Source: an uncultured Kiritimatiellota bacterium
Lineage (GTDB): Bacteria; Verrucomicrobiota; Kiritimatiellia; RFP12; DVOR01
Direction of reading: 5' to 3'
NCBI GenBank assembly: GCA_944389585.1
Contig: CALXMW010000003.1
Location: 129,818-193,817 of the forward strand
DNA length: 64,000 nucleotides
The translations under genes and the position numbers were made by a program. Below the pieces are notes generated by a model. That model searched no databases, was not told where the DNA came from, and worked only from the letters and a program-made list of their open reading frames with translations. Shown in pieces: positions 34,815 through 44,875 of the stretch (positions are counted from its first letter, which is position 1; each line of letters opens with the position of its first letter).

Positions 34815-34893
34815 GTGGGGACTTTCTGGTGGGAAGAGCCGCAAGGCGACGCCCCCGGGAAGGCACGGGCACCCCGTGTGAGGGTGCGTTTGT

Positions 34894-34969
<76 letters not shown>

Positions 34970-35006
34970 TATCAACCACCCCACTTCTGTTCACAGGAGC
35001 AAGAAA

Positions 35007-36212
<1,206 letters not shown>

Positions 36213-36235
36213 ACGGCTTTCTCTTGTGAACAGCG

Positions 36236-36270
36236 CCCCGGGGCGGCGGCCCCGCCCCGGGGATCTTTTC
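36236..36270 (+). terminator. Hairpin/attenuating terminator between tuf and rpmG
   Basis: CCCCGGGGCGG-CGGCC-CCGCCCCGGGG (11-bp stem) followed by ATCTTTTCG. Confidence 0.5.
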
Positions 36271-36298
36271 GTGAGAAAGGCCCGGAAGGGAGCCGACC

Positions 36299-36451
36299 AT
36301 GCCCCGCGAACTCGCGATTTTGGCCTGCACCGAGTGCAAGCGCCGCAACTACACGACGACCCGCAACAAGAAGACGCAGACCGAGCGCGTCGAGCTCATG
36401 AAGTTCTGCCCCTTCGAGCGGAAGCGGACGCTTCACCGCGAGACCAAGTAA
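36299..36451 (+). CDS. rpmG: 50S ribosomal protein L33 (50 aa; below the ORF-track size cut-off)
   Basis: Hand translation gives [50 protein letters not shown]. CxxC...C Zn-ribbon pattern, GGAAGGGAG RBS, TAA at 36449-36451. Confidence 0.9.
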   Translation: MPRELAILACTECKRRNYTTTRNKKTQTERVELMKFCPFERKRTLHRETK

Positions 36452-36476
36452 CCCCCCACAAGGAAGCCGCACGCAC

Positions 36477-36550
36477 AGGGTGTTAGTTCAATGGCAGAGC
36501 AGCAGTCTCCAAAACTGCCTATGGGGGTTCGAATCCCTCACACCCTGCCA
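36477..36550 (+). tRNA. tRNA-Trp (anticodon CCA), CCA encoded
   Basis: Acceptor AGGGTGT/ACACCCT, anticodon arm GCAGT-CTCCAAA-ACTGC, T arm GGGGG-TTCGAAT-CCCTC. Conserved position before secE. Confidence 0.92.
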
Positions 36551-36566
36551 TCCCGCGGCAAACGCC

Positions 36567-36761
36567 ATGATTGAGAAACTCCGACAGTTCTTCGCAGACG
36601 TCGCCCTCGAAGGCAAGCGCATCAGCTGGCCCGCGCGCCGCGAGCTGGTCGATTCCACGGTCGTGGTGATCGTTTTCATCGTCATTCTGGCCGTGGTCAT
36701 CATGGCGTGCGACGAGGTCATCCGCGCCGCACTCCGCCTCATCCTCGGCTCGGCCGCCTAA
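36567..36761 (+). CDS. secE: Preprotein translocase subunit SecE (64 aa)
   Basis: ATG 36567. FFADVALEGKRISWPARRELVDSTVVVIVFIVILAVVI is the SecE motif plus a single TM helix. Confidence 0.9.
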   Translation: MIEKLRQFFADVALEGKRISWPARRELVDSTVVVIVFIVILAVVIMACDEVIRAALRLILGSAA

Positions 36762-36784
36762 ACAACCCCGACGGACGCGCGCAA

Positions 36785-37432
36785 ATGGCAGACATCCCCA
36801 AGCAGTGGTTCGTGCTCCAGACCCTCACCGGCCAGGAGCAGAAGGCGCAGCGTCAGATCGTCGCCCAGGCCCGCAGCGCGGGCCTCTGCGAGCTCTTCGA
36901 CATCCCCCCGGAGCCCGCCCCCAAGGAAGTCCTCAACGACTACGACGTCGTCGTCCCCACCGAGAAGGTCGCCGAGATCAAGGACGGCAAAAAGCGCGTC
37001 GTCACCCGCCGCGTCTGCCCCGGCTACGTCATCGTGCGCATGGCCCTCTACGCCGACGAGGCCCACAAGCGCATCAACCAAGAGCTCTGGGAGTTCATCC
37101 TCAACATCCCCGGCGTCACCGGCTTCGCGGGCTGCAAGAAAGGCACCGGCCAAAAGCCCCGCCCCATCACCGACGCCGAGGCCGACAACCTCCTGCGCCG
37201 CGTCTCCCCCGAGGAACGCGCCGCCAAGCCCAAGCTCAAAGTCAATTTCCAGGTCGGCGAGACCGTGCGTGTCACTGAAGGCCCCTTCATGAACTTCAAC
37301 GGCACCATCGAAAACATCGATCCTGACAGCGGGCGCCTGCAAATCTCCGTCTCCATCTTCGGACGCAGCGCCCCCGTCACGCTCGAATACTGGCAGGTGG
37401 AACGGATCACCGAACACCCCGAGGGCCTCTGA
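36785..37432 (+). CDS. nusG: Transcription termination/antitermination factor NusG
   Basis: ATG 36785. NGN domain WFVLQTLTGQE...PGYVIVRM. KOW domain GETVRVTEGPFMNFNGTIENID...ISVSIFGR. Confidence 0.93.
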   Translation: MADIPKQWFVLQTLTGQEQKAQRQIVAQARSAGLCELFDIPPEPAPKEVLNDYDVVVPTEKVAEIKDGKKRVVTRRVCPGYVIVRMALYADEAHKRINQELWEFILNIPGVTGFAGCKKGTGQKPRPITDAEADNLLRRVSPEERAAKPKLKVNFQVGETVRVTEGPFMNFNGTIENIDPDSGRLQISVSIFGRSAPVTLEYWQVERITEHPEGL

Positions 37433-37519
37433 GCCCGCCCGTAGCCGAGCGTCGTCAACGGCCGTGCGTTCGCACCGGAAAGGATCCCGGGAGCGCGGCA
37501 TAAGACAAAGGACCACACC

Positions 37520-37945
37520 ATGGCCAAGAAAGTCACCGGGATGATCAAGCTCCAGATTCCCGCCGGAGCCGCCAATCCCGCCCCGCCCGTGGGCCCCGCG
37601 CTGGGCTCCCAGGGCGTCAACATCATGGCGTTCTGCAAAGAGTTCAACGCCAAAACCCAGGATAAAGGCGGGATGGTCATCCCCGTCGTCATCACCGTCT
37701 ACGCGGACCGCTCCTTCTCCTTCATCCTCAAGAGCCCGCCCGCCGCGGCCCTCATCAAGAAATACGCCAACCTCCCCAAAGGCTCCGGCAAGCCCAACAC
37801 CGAGAAGGTCGGCAAAATCACCCGCGCCCAGATCGCCGAAATCGTCAAGATCAAGGCCGAAGACCTGAACGCCTCCGACCCCGAGGCCGCCGCGCGCATG
37901 ATCGAGGGCACCGCCCGCCAGATGGGCGTGGACGTCGTTGACTGA
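37520..37945 (+). CDS. rplK: 50S ribosomal protein L11
   Basis: [32 protein letters not shown]. Confidence 0.96.
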   Translation: MAKKVTGMIKLQIPAGAANPAPPVGPALGSQGVNIMAFCKEFNAKTQDKGGMVIPVVITVYADRSFSFILKSPPAAALIKKYANLPKGSGKPNTEKVGKITRAQIAEIVKIKAEDLNASDPEAAARMIEGTARQMGVDVVD

Positions 37946-37956
37946 GGAGCACCCCC

Positions 37957-38640
37957 ATGGCCAAGCACAGCAAGAAATACCAGGACGCCCTCAAGGCCGC
38001 CCCCAAGGCCCCCGTCACCCTCGAAGAGGCCGTCGCCTTCATCAAGGCCCACCCCGGCGCCAAGTTCGACGAAACCGTCGACGTCGGCCTCCGCCTCGGC
38101 GCCGACCCCACCAAAGGCGACCAGGCCGTCCGCGGCGTCGTCCACCTCCCCCACGGCACCGGCAAGCACGTCCGCGTCGTCGTCTTCGCCGCCGGCGAGC
38201 AAGCCGACGCCGCCAAGCAGGCCGGCGCCGACGCCGCCGGGCTCGACGACCTCCTCGAGCGCGTCAAAGGCGGCTGGACCGACTTCGACGTCGCCATCGC
38301 CACCCCCGACGCCATGAAGCAGGTCCGCACCGTCGCCCGCGTCCTCGGCCCCCGCGGCCTCATGCCCAACCCGAAGACCGGCACCGTCACCGACGACGTC
38401 GTCCCCGCCATCAAGGCCGCCCAGGCCGGCAAGGTCGACTTCCGCATGGACCGCACCGGCAACCTCTGCGTCCCCGCCGGCAAGCTCAGCTTCGAGGCCT
38501 CCAAGCTCGTCGACAACATCCGCGCCATCATCGACGCCGTCGAGCACGAGCGCCCCGCCGCCGCCAAGGGCCTCTTCATCCGCAGCTGCACGATCAGCCC
38601 CTCCATGGGCGTGGGCGTGCGCGTTCTCGTGAAGGAGTGA
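37957..38640 (+). CDS. rplA: 50S ribosomal protein L1
   Basis: KFDETVDV...LG.DP.K.DQ.VRG, and MPNPKTGTVT. Confidence 0.96.
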   Translation: MAKHSKKYQDALKAAPKAPVTLEEAVAFIKAHPGAKFDETVDVGLRLGADPTKGDQAVRGVVHLPHGTGKHVRVVVFAAGEQADAAKQAGADAAGLDDLLERVKGGWTDFDVAIATPDAMKQVRTVARVLGPRGLMPNPKTGTVTDDVVPAIKAAQAGKVDFRMDRTGNLCVPAGKLSFEASKLVDNIRAIIDAVEHERPAAAKGLFIRSCTISPSMGVGVRVLVKE

Positions 38641-38647
38641 TTTCGCC

Positions 38648-39172
38648 ATGTCCAACCAGAAGAAACGCCCCGAAGTCGTCGCCATCTACAACGAAGTCGC
38701 CGACTTCCTCAACGGCAACGAGTTCGCCTTCCTCCTGAACTTCGGCGGCCTCACCGTCGCCCAGATCGGCGACCTCCGCCGCCAGCTCGCGGCCAAGGGC
38801 GCGCGCATGATGGTCATCAAAAACACCTTCATCGCCAAGATCCTCGCCGAGCGCGGCGTCACCTTCCCCGAAGGCGTCCTCAGCGGCCCCACCGCCGTCA
38901 TCGCCGGCCAGGGCGACGTCGCCGACGCGGCCAAGACCGTCGTCGACTTCGTCAAGAAGAACGACAAAGCCTCCGTCAAAGCCGGCCTCATGGCCGACTC
39001 CGTCATCACCGAGGCCCAAGTCACCACCCTCTCCGAGCTCATCTCCCTCGCCGCCCAGCAGGCCCGCCTCCTCGGCACCCTGCAGGCCCCCGCCTCCAAG
39101 ATGGCCCGCGTCCTCCAGGCAAAGGTCGACAAGGAAGGCGAAGGCAACGGCGACACCACCCCTGCGGCCTAA
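38648..39172 (+). CDS. rplJ: 50S ribosomal protein L10
   Basis: Position between rplA and rplL. Carries LTVAQIGDLRRQL...MMVIKNT. Confidence 0.92.
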   Translation: MSNQKKRPEVVAIYNEVADFLNGNEFAFLLNFGGLTVAQIGDLRRQLAAKGARMMVIKNTFIAKILAERGVTFPEGVLSGPTAVIAGQGDVADAAKTVVDFVKKNDKASVKAGLMADSVITEAQVTTLSELISLAAQQARLLGTLQAPASKMARVLQAKVDKEGEGNGDTTPAA

Positions 39173-39265
39173 GCGCCGTGTCGTAAAACCGCCCCGCGCC
39201 CACCCGCGCAGGGCAAACCCCTCCCGGGGCCAGACCCCGGGCGGTTACACAAAAGGAACAAAACC

Positions 39266-39634
39266 ATGACCCAGGAAGAAATCATCGACGCCCTCTCCGG
39301 CATGACCGTGCTGCAGATCGCCGACCTCATCAAGGCCCTCGAAGAGAAGTGGGGCGTCTCCGCCGCCGCTCCCGTCGCCGTGGCCGCCGCCGGCGCCGCC
39401 GGTGCCGCCCCCGCCGAAGAAAAGACCGAGTTCGACGTCATCCTCGCCGAAGTCGGCGGCAACAAAATCGGCGTCATCAAGGAAGTCCGCACCATCACCG
39501 GCCTCGGCCTCAAGGACGCCAAGGACCTCGTCGAAGGCGCCCCCAAACCCGTCAAGCAGGGCGTCGACAAAGACGAAGCCGCCAAAATCAAGGAAGCCCT
39601 CGAGAAGGCCGGCGCCAAGGTCGAAATCAAGTAA
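39266..39634 (+). CDS. rplL: 50S ribosomal protein L7/L12
   Basis: Ala-rich hinge, [31 protein letters not shown] and EA..IK..LE.AGAKVE.K. Confidence 0.96.
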   Translation: MTQEEIIDALSGMTVLQIADLIKALEEKWGVSAAAPVAVAAAGAAGAAPAEEKTEFDVILAEVGGNKIGVIKEVRTITGLGLKDAKDLVEGAPKPVKQGVDKDEAAKIKEALEKAGAKVEIK

Positions 39635-39652
39635 CGATTTCCACCCCACACA

Positions 39653-39687
39653 CCCAAAAAGCCCCGCACCCGCGGGGCTTTTTTTTT
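39653..39687 (+). terminator. Rho-independent terminator after rplL (exact copy of 31274-31308)
   Basis: CCCAAAAAGCCCCGCACCCGCGGGGCTTTTTTTTT. Confidence 0.85.
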
Positions 39688-39691
39688 GTAT

Positions 39692-40018
39692 AGACCACAG
39701 AGAACACGGAGGACACACAGAGACGCACAGAGAATTGGAAATCACAAAGGACACAAAGGGCACAAAGGGGAGAACGGAAAACGGAGAACGGGAAACGGAG
39801 CATGCGGCGGCGAAGCCGCAAGCCTTCCCCGGCTACAAAGAGCGCCCCTGACGGGGCGCCGGGTCAGGCACGTCGCAGACGTGCCGCGGGTACAGGGGGA
39901 GCTTCCCCCTGCCGGGGTTCAAGGGGCGGCGCCCCTTGAACCTTCCATCACCTTCCCTTTTCTCGTTTTCCCTTCCCCTCCGTGTCCCTTTGTGTGTCCT
40001 CTGTGCTCTCTGTGGTCT
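39692..40018. repeat. Palindromic composite repeat, copy F (MITE-like, about 327 bp)
   Basis: Imperfect TIRs at 39692-39732 and 39978-40018 (34/41; M4-type AGACCACAGAGAACAC...). The left arm also carries inverted M3 (TGGAAATCACAAAGGACACAAAGGGCACAAAGG) and GGAGAACGGAAAACGGAGAACGG. The centre (39842-39940) holds four consecutive perfect hairpins. Confidence 0.8.
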
Positions 40019-40069
40019 CCCCTGCGCCGTGTCTTTTTTGCCAAAAGTGGGGACAGGGGCGGTGGGTTA

Positions 40070-40078
40070 TGCTATACT
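40070..40078 (+). promoter_or_regulatory. Extended -10 (TGCTATACT) upstream of the giant membrane-TPR gene
   Basis: -10 at 40073-40078. GAGAAGGAG RBS at 40092-40100 and ATG at 40110. Confidence 0.4.
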
Positions 40079-40109
40079 GCTTCGTACATAGAGAGAAGGA
40101 GTTGCGTTT

Positions 40110-43100
40110 ATGCTGACGATGTTGCTGGATTTCTTTTGTTCGCGGCCGTTCCCCGAGCAGCCGAGCCGGCTGACGCGGGTGGTGTCGTGGGTGACGGCGC
40201 TGTTCTGGGGGGTGGCGGCGTTCGCGGTGGGGGCGTGGCTGGCGGGCGATTTCGCGGTGCCGGGGGAGAACACGGTGGCGCTGTCGGCCTTCTCGGGGTC
40301 TCCGGAGGTGATGAAGTGCTTTGGGGTGACGTTGGTGAACGCGGAGAGTTACCCGATCTTGTGGTGGCTGACGGGGCTGTTGGGGGAGACGCCTTCGATG
40401 GCGGCGCTGAACCTGTTGGGGGCGGGGATCCTGGGGGCGCTGGTGGCGCTGACGTGGGTGGTGGTGCGCTTCTGGGGGTTGGACGCGATGGGCGAGGAGA
40501 CGCTGCCGCGCCAGGCGGAGCGGCGCTCGTGGGTGCTCTCGGGCGTGGCGTGCGTGCTGGCGGTGGCGTCGTTGCCGGGGCTGTACGCGGCCTCGGGGCT
40601 GACGGTGAACGCGTGGGGGTTCATGCTGTTGCTTTTGTGCGTGGCGCTGCAGAACGCCTACGTGATGGGCGGGGGGCACCGGCGGATGATGTTCGTCTTC
40701 GCGTTCGTGCTGGGGGTGTGCGCGGTGGAGTCGCCGTGGGTGCTCTTCTTCCTGCCGCTCTTCTTCCTGCGGGCGCTGCTGATGGAGTGGCGGCTGTGGG
40801 ATCAGAGCGTGCGGAACCTGCCGTATTGGTTCGTGGGGGTGGTGGCCGGCGCGGGGGTGCTGCTGGCGCTGAACACGTGGCGGGTGGCGGATGGGTTTTC
40901 GTTGCTGGCGCTGTGGGGGGTGGAGCGCGCGGCGTTGCAGGGGGTGGTGCTGCCGACGATCGGCTCGTGGTTCACGGGGCCGTGGATCCTGAACGTGGCG
41001 GCGGCGGGGCTTTTGCCGCTTCTGGCGTGGATCACGGCGCGGCGGATGCTGGACAACGGGCGCTCGTGGGGCCTGCTCTTCGTGGGGCTGGCGCTGACGG
41101 CCGCGAGCTTCGCGATGCTCTGGGGCGTGGGGCCGACGCCGTGGCGCGATTGGCTGCTGCGCGGCGCCGCGCCGGTGGCGACGCACTGGGTCTTCGCCGT
41201 GACGTGCGCGATGCTGATCGTGGGGTGGGGGGTGCAGCTCTTCGCCAAGAACCCGAACCTTTACGAGGAGCTTGACCGGCGGCGGATGCCCGCGTGCGTC
41301 CTGGCCTGCCGGGTGGCGGCCATCTTCCTCTTCCCGCTGTGCGTGGTGGCCGCCGGGGTGACGATCGGCGTGCACGGCGTGCGCTTCGCGGGGGTGGACC
41401 GCGCGATGGCCACGCGCTTCGCCGCCGAGACGGTGGACGCGCTGGCGAAGGAAGGCCGCACCTACCTGCTGGGCGCGCGCTCGGGGTGGATCGACCCGCA
41501 CCTGGCGCTGGTGGCCCAACAGAAAGGCGTGCCCCTGACCGTCTTCACCCCCGCGCTGGCCGAGCGCACCGACGCGGAGACCTCCAAGCGCCGCAGCGAG
41601 GCCCAGCGGGCCATGGACGCCATCGCCAAGAAAGACAGCTACATCGAGCGCCTCCGCCGGCATATCGAGAGCGACCCCCACCTGGGCGACGTCGACCGCC
41701 TGCGCCTGACGCACCTGCTGGACTACCACTTCCTGGTCTTCGTGCAGGACTTCTTCGTGGCCCAGCCCAACGCCGCCAAGCTCGCGGGCATCTACGACCT
41801 GGCCGACGTGTGGTACTCCGCCGGCTACCGCCCCTTCCCCGTCGGCACCTTCTACGTCCCCATCCCCGCCGATTCGGCCCAAGCCAGTGACGAGGCCGTC
41901 CGCCAGGCCGAGGAAAACCAGCGCGCCCTCGAGGCCCGCTGGGCGCCCACCCTCGACAAACCCTTCCTCATGTGGTGGGACCTCACGCGCGGCGCGCAGG
42001 CGTCCATCCGCAAACACCTGGCCTTCATGTCCAACAACCTTGGCGCCTGGCTCGACGACGAAGGCCGCCAGCCCGCCGCCGCCCTCTGCTACCTCTACGC
42101 CGCCGAGACCGACGCGGAAAACGTCTCGGCCAAGCTCAACCTCTACGACATCTGCCTCCGCCGCGGCCAAATCCAAGACAAACTCCCGCAGGTGAACCGC
42201 ATCTTCGAGGAGTTCATCAAGGCCCAGACCGCCCGCCGCGCCAACACCCCGCGCTACGACCTCAACGCCGTCGGCCGCGTCCACGGCTACATCCGCAACT
42301 ACGACCTCTTCGTCCAAATGGGCTGGGAATGGGCCGCCACCGCCGCCCCCGGCGCCATCCTCGCGGGCCTGCGCAACGCCCGCGACTCCCTCCAATCCGG
42401 CGACCCGCGCCTCGGCGCCATCAACGCCGTCGCCGGCGCCGTCTACGAACTTCAAGGCAAGACCGACCTCTCCTACGCCGCCTACCAGGAAGTCCTCGTC
42501 ACTGACCCCGACAACGTCGACGCCCTCCGCGGCCTCGCGCGCATCTCCCTCCAACGCGGCAACGTCGACGACGCCGGCAAATGGTTCGCCCAGGCCGAGG
42601 CCGCCGCCGCCCAGGCCGGCCTCCCCGCCGGCACCCTCGCCCTCGACCGCGCCGCCTACCTCATGGCCCGCACCGACCTCGCCGGCGCCGCCGACGTCGT
42701 CGCCGCCTACACCGCCGAAAACCAAGACTCCATCGACGGCTGGGCCATGCTCGGCATGATCGAGGTCGAACGCGCCGACCGCGCCCGCGCCGACGGCAAC
42801 GAAACCCAGGCCCTCCGCCACTACAACGACGCCCGCGGCTTCATCCTCGAAAACATCAAACGCCTCGCCAAAGGCGACCAACTCTACTTCCTGCACATCC
42901 TCCAAGGCCGCCTCGCCCAGGCCGACGCCCTCAAGGCCGGCGAAGGCGCCGCCGCCGCCCAAGACCTCCCCAAGGCCGCCCGCGAGCTCTGGCTCTCGGC
43001 ACGCGAGCAATACCAGCGCGCCTACACCCTCCGCCCCCGCGTCCACGGCCTCCTCGAGCTCATCCTCGGCATCGACCGCCGCCTCGGCGACAAGGCCGCC

Positions 43101-43631
43101 GCCGAGGCCGACGCCTTCGCCATCCTCCGCGACGACCCCGACAACCCCTACGGCAACTTCGTCGTCGGCACCCAACGCCTCGAAGACGCCCACCTCCGCG
43201 AAGCCTGCCTCTACTTCAAGAAAGCCTACGACCTCCAAGGCGACCGCGCCGGCATCGAGCTCATCAACAACTACGCCGACGCCCTCGCCCGCGTCGAGCC
43301 CGACCGCGCCGAGACCGTCGGCCTGCGCGCCATCACCCTCGCCCCCAACAGCTACGAGACCTGGGCCACCTACGCCCTCACCCTCGCGCGCAACGGCAAA
43401 CCCGCCGAGGCCCAGACCGCCCTCGCCCGCTCCCTCGACTTCGCCAAGCAATACGGCATCACCCCAGACCCCCGCGTCGGCAACGTCACCGCCTGGATCG
43501 CCCTCGCCAACCGCGACAAAGCCGCCGCCCAGGCCGCCCTCGAAGACGTCAAGGCCGCCCTCGGCGACGACCTCACCCCCCTCGACCGCCACGACCTCGC
43601 CGCCCTCCAAGCCGCCATCGACGCCCTCTGA
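40110..43631 (+). CDS. Large polytopic membrane protein (about 430-aa multi-TM N-terminus, possibly GT-C/DUF2723-like) fused to a long TPR-repeat domain, 1173 aa
   Basis: At least 10 hydrophobic segments in the first ~430 aa. The C-terminal two thirds carry many 34-aa TPR-like units (e.g. AYQEVLVTDPDNVDALRGLARISLQRGNVDDAGKWF, NSYETWATYALTLARNGKPAEAQTALARSL). The family assignment of the N-terminus is inference. Confidence 0.8.
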   Translation: MLTMLLDFFCSRPFPEQPSRLTRVVSWVTALFWGVAAFAVGAWLAGDFAVPGENTVALSAFSGSPEVMKCFGVTLVNAESYPILWWLTGLLGETPSMAALNLLGAGILGALVALTWVVVRFWGLDAMGEETLPRQAERRSWVLSGVACVLAVASLPGLYAASGLTVNAWGFMLLLLCVALQNAYVMGGGHRRMMFVFAFVLGVCAVESPWVLFFLPLFFLRALLMEWRLWDQSVRNLPYWFVGVVAGAGVLLALNTWRVADGFSLLALWGVERAALQGVVLPTIGSWFTGPWILNVAAAGLLPLLAWITARRMLDNGRSWGLLFVGLALTAASFAMLWGVGPTPWRDWLLRGAAPVATHWVFAVTCAMLIVGWGVQLFAKNPNLYEELDRRRMPACVLACRVAAIFLFPLCVVAAGVTIGVHGVRFAGVDRAMATRFAAETVDALAKEGRTYLLGARSGWIDPHLALVAQQKGVPLTVFTPALAERTDAETSKRRSEAQRAMDAIAKKDSYIERLRRHIESDPHLGDVDRLRLTHLLDYHFLVFVQDFFVAQPNAAKLAGIYDLADVWYSAGYRPFPVGTFYVPIPADSAQASDEAVRQAEENQRALEARWAPTLDKPFLMWWDLTRGAQASIRKHLAFMSNNLGAWLDDEGRQPAAALCYLYAAETDAENVSAKLNLYDICLRRGQIQDKLPQVNRIFEEFIKAQTARRANTPRYDLNAVGRVHGYIRNYDLFVQMGWEWAATAAPGAILAGLRNARDSLQSGDPRLGAINAVAGAVYELQGKTDLSYAAYQEVLVTDPDNVDALRGLARISLQRGNVDDAGKWFAQAEAAAAQAGLPAGTLALDRAAYLMARTDLAGAADVVAAYTAENQDSIDGWAMLGMIEVERADRARADGNETQALRHYNDARGFILENIKRLAKGDQLYFLHILQGRLAQADALKAGEGAAAAQDLPKAARELWLSAREQYQRAYTLRPRVHGLLELILGIDRRLGDKAAAEADAFAILRDDPDNPYGNFVVGTQRLEDAHLREACLYFKKAYDLQGDRAGIELINNYADALARVEPDRAETVGLRAITLAPNSYETWATYALTLARNGKPAEAQTALARSLDFAKQYGITPDPRVGNVTAWIALANRDKAAAQAALEDVKAALGDDLTPLDRHDLAALQAAIDAL

Positions 43632-43645
43632 GACAGGAGCACGCC

Positions 43646-44875
43646 ATGCCGCCCACGCTTCCGCCACGCCTCGGGATCTTGACCTTCAACGCGAGTGTGA
43701 ACTGGGGGAGTTTGGCGCAGGCCTTCGCTTTGCGGACGACCGTCCGTGGCATGGGCTATGACGTCCGCGTCATCGACCACTGGTGGGAGCCGGACAACTA
43801 TCTGCTGCTCGGGTGCTGGGCCAGATGGACGCCGAAGCGGGCCCTCAAGCACGCGCTCCAGCTGGCCCTGGGGTGCGGCTTCTTCGCGGAGGCCCTCCGG
43901 CGGCGGAGGTGCGCCGCCTTCCTGCGCGACGACGTGCGCCTGACGGATTTCCACCTCATCCGGTGGGGCGACGTGCCGGAGCGGGAAATGGGGCTTGACG
44001 GCGTGATCGTCGGGAGCGACCAGGTGTGGAATTGCCACTCCGACGACGGCTTCCTGGGCCTCTTTCTCCTGAAGGGCGCGCCGCCCGCGTGGCGCGCGGT
44101 GGCCTATGGCGCCAGCTTGGGGGCGGACGCGATGCCGGAGCGCCTCAAGCCGATTTTCCGCGAGGCCTTGCCGCGCTTCTCGGCCATCAGCGTCCGCGAG
44201 CCGGAGAGCGTGGCGATCCTGCGCGAGGTGGGCGCGGAGGCCGAGCACGTGCTCGACCCCGTCCTGCTCCTTTCCGCGGAAGACTGGGAGCGCCTCCTGT
44301 CTCTGCCTCCGGCGGCGCCCCGCCGCCGCCCCACGCTGCTGTGCTATGCGCTGACGCGCAAGGCCGCGGTCGGATTCCGCGCGTTGGCGAAGGCCGCCCG
44401 GCGTGGCAAGCGGGGGGGGTGTATGGACGTGGAACTCTTCCAGGGGCTTTGGGCGACCGAGCTGCCTAGCACGCCCGGGGCGCTGTGGCACCACGCCAGG
44501 CAGCTCTTCCTGCGCCTTTTCTCGCCGATACGCTTTCGCCTGAGCGCGGGCCCCAAGGCGTTCGTCGCCGCGTTCAGGGATGCCACCTACGTCGTCGCGA
44601 CCTCCTACCACGCGCTCGTCTTCGCCACCGTCTTCAGGAAGAACGTGCGTATCCTACTGCCTTACTGCGACGGCGCCGTCCGCTTCCGTTGGTTCGCGGA
44701 GCACTACGTCCGCGGGCCGCTCTTCGCGGAGAGCCTGGAGGAGGCGTTGGCCTCGTTCAGGCGCGGCGAGACGGTCACCTTCGACGAAGCGGCCCTGGCG
44801 CGCGACCAAGCGCGCTCCAAGGCGTGGCTGCGCGCGGCCCTGAAGCCGTTTGCGGCGGGTCAGCGCTCGCTGTAA
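43646..44875 (+). CDS. Polysaccharide pyruvyl transferase family protein
   Basis: ATG 43646 after AGGAG. LGILTFNASVNWGSLAQAFAL, VIVGSDQVWN and ISVREPES are typical of the WcaK/CsaB-like family. Confidence 0.8.
   Translation: MPPTLPPRLGILTFNASVNWGSLAQAFALRTTVRGMGYDVRVIDHWWEPDNYLLLGCWARWTPKRALKHALQLALGCGFFAEALRRRRCAAFLRDDVRLTDFHLIRWGDVPEREMGLDGVIVGSDQVWNCHSDDGFLGLFLLKGAPPAWRAVAYGASLGADAMPERLKPIFREALPRFSAISVREPESVAILREVGAEAEHVLDPVLLLSAEDWERLLSLPPAAPRRRPTLLCYALTRKAAVGFRALAKAARRGKRGGCMDVELFQGLWATELPSTPGALWHHARQLFLRLFSPIRFRLSAGPKAFVAAFRDATYVVATSYHALVFATVFRKNVRILLPYCDGAVRFRWFAEHYVRGPLFAESLEEALASFRRGETVTFDEAALARDQARSKAWLRAALKPFAAGQRSL

Noticed and set aside
39948-43667. 1239-aa ORF antisense to the membrane-TPR gene.
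   Set aside because: Low-complexity Gly/Ala/Val/Glu then Arg/Pro/His composition. The sense frame shows TM helices and TPR periodicity.
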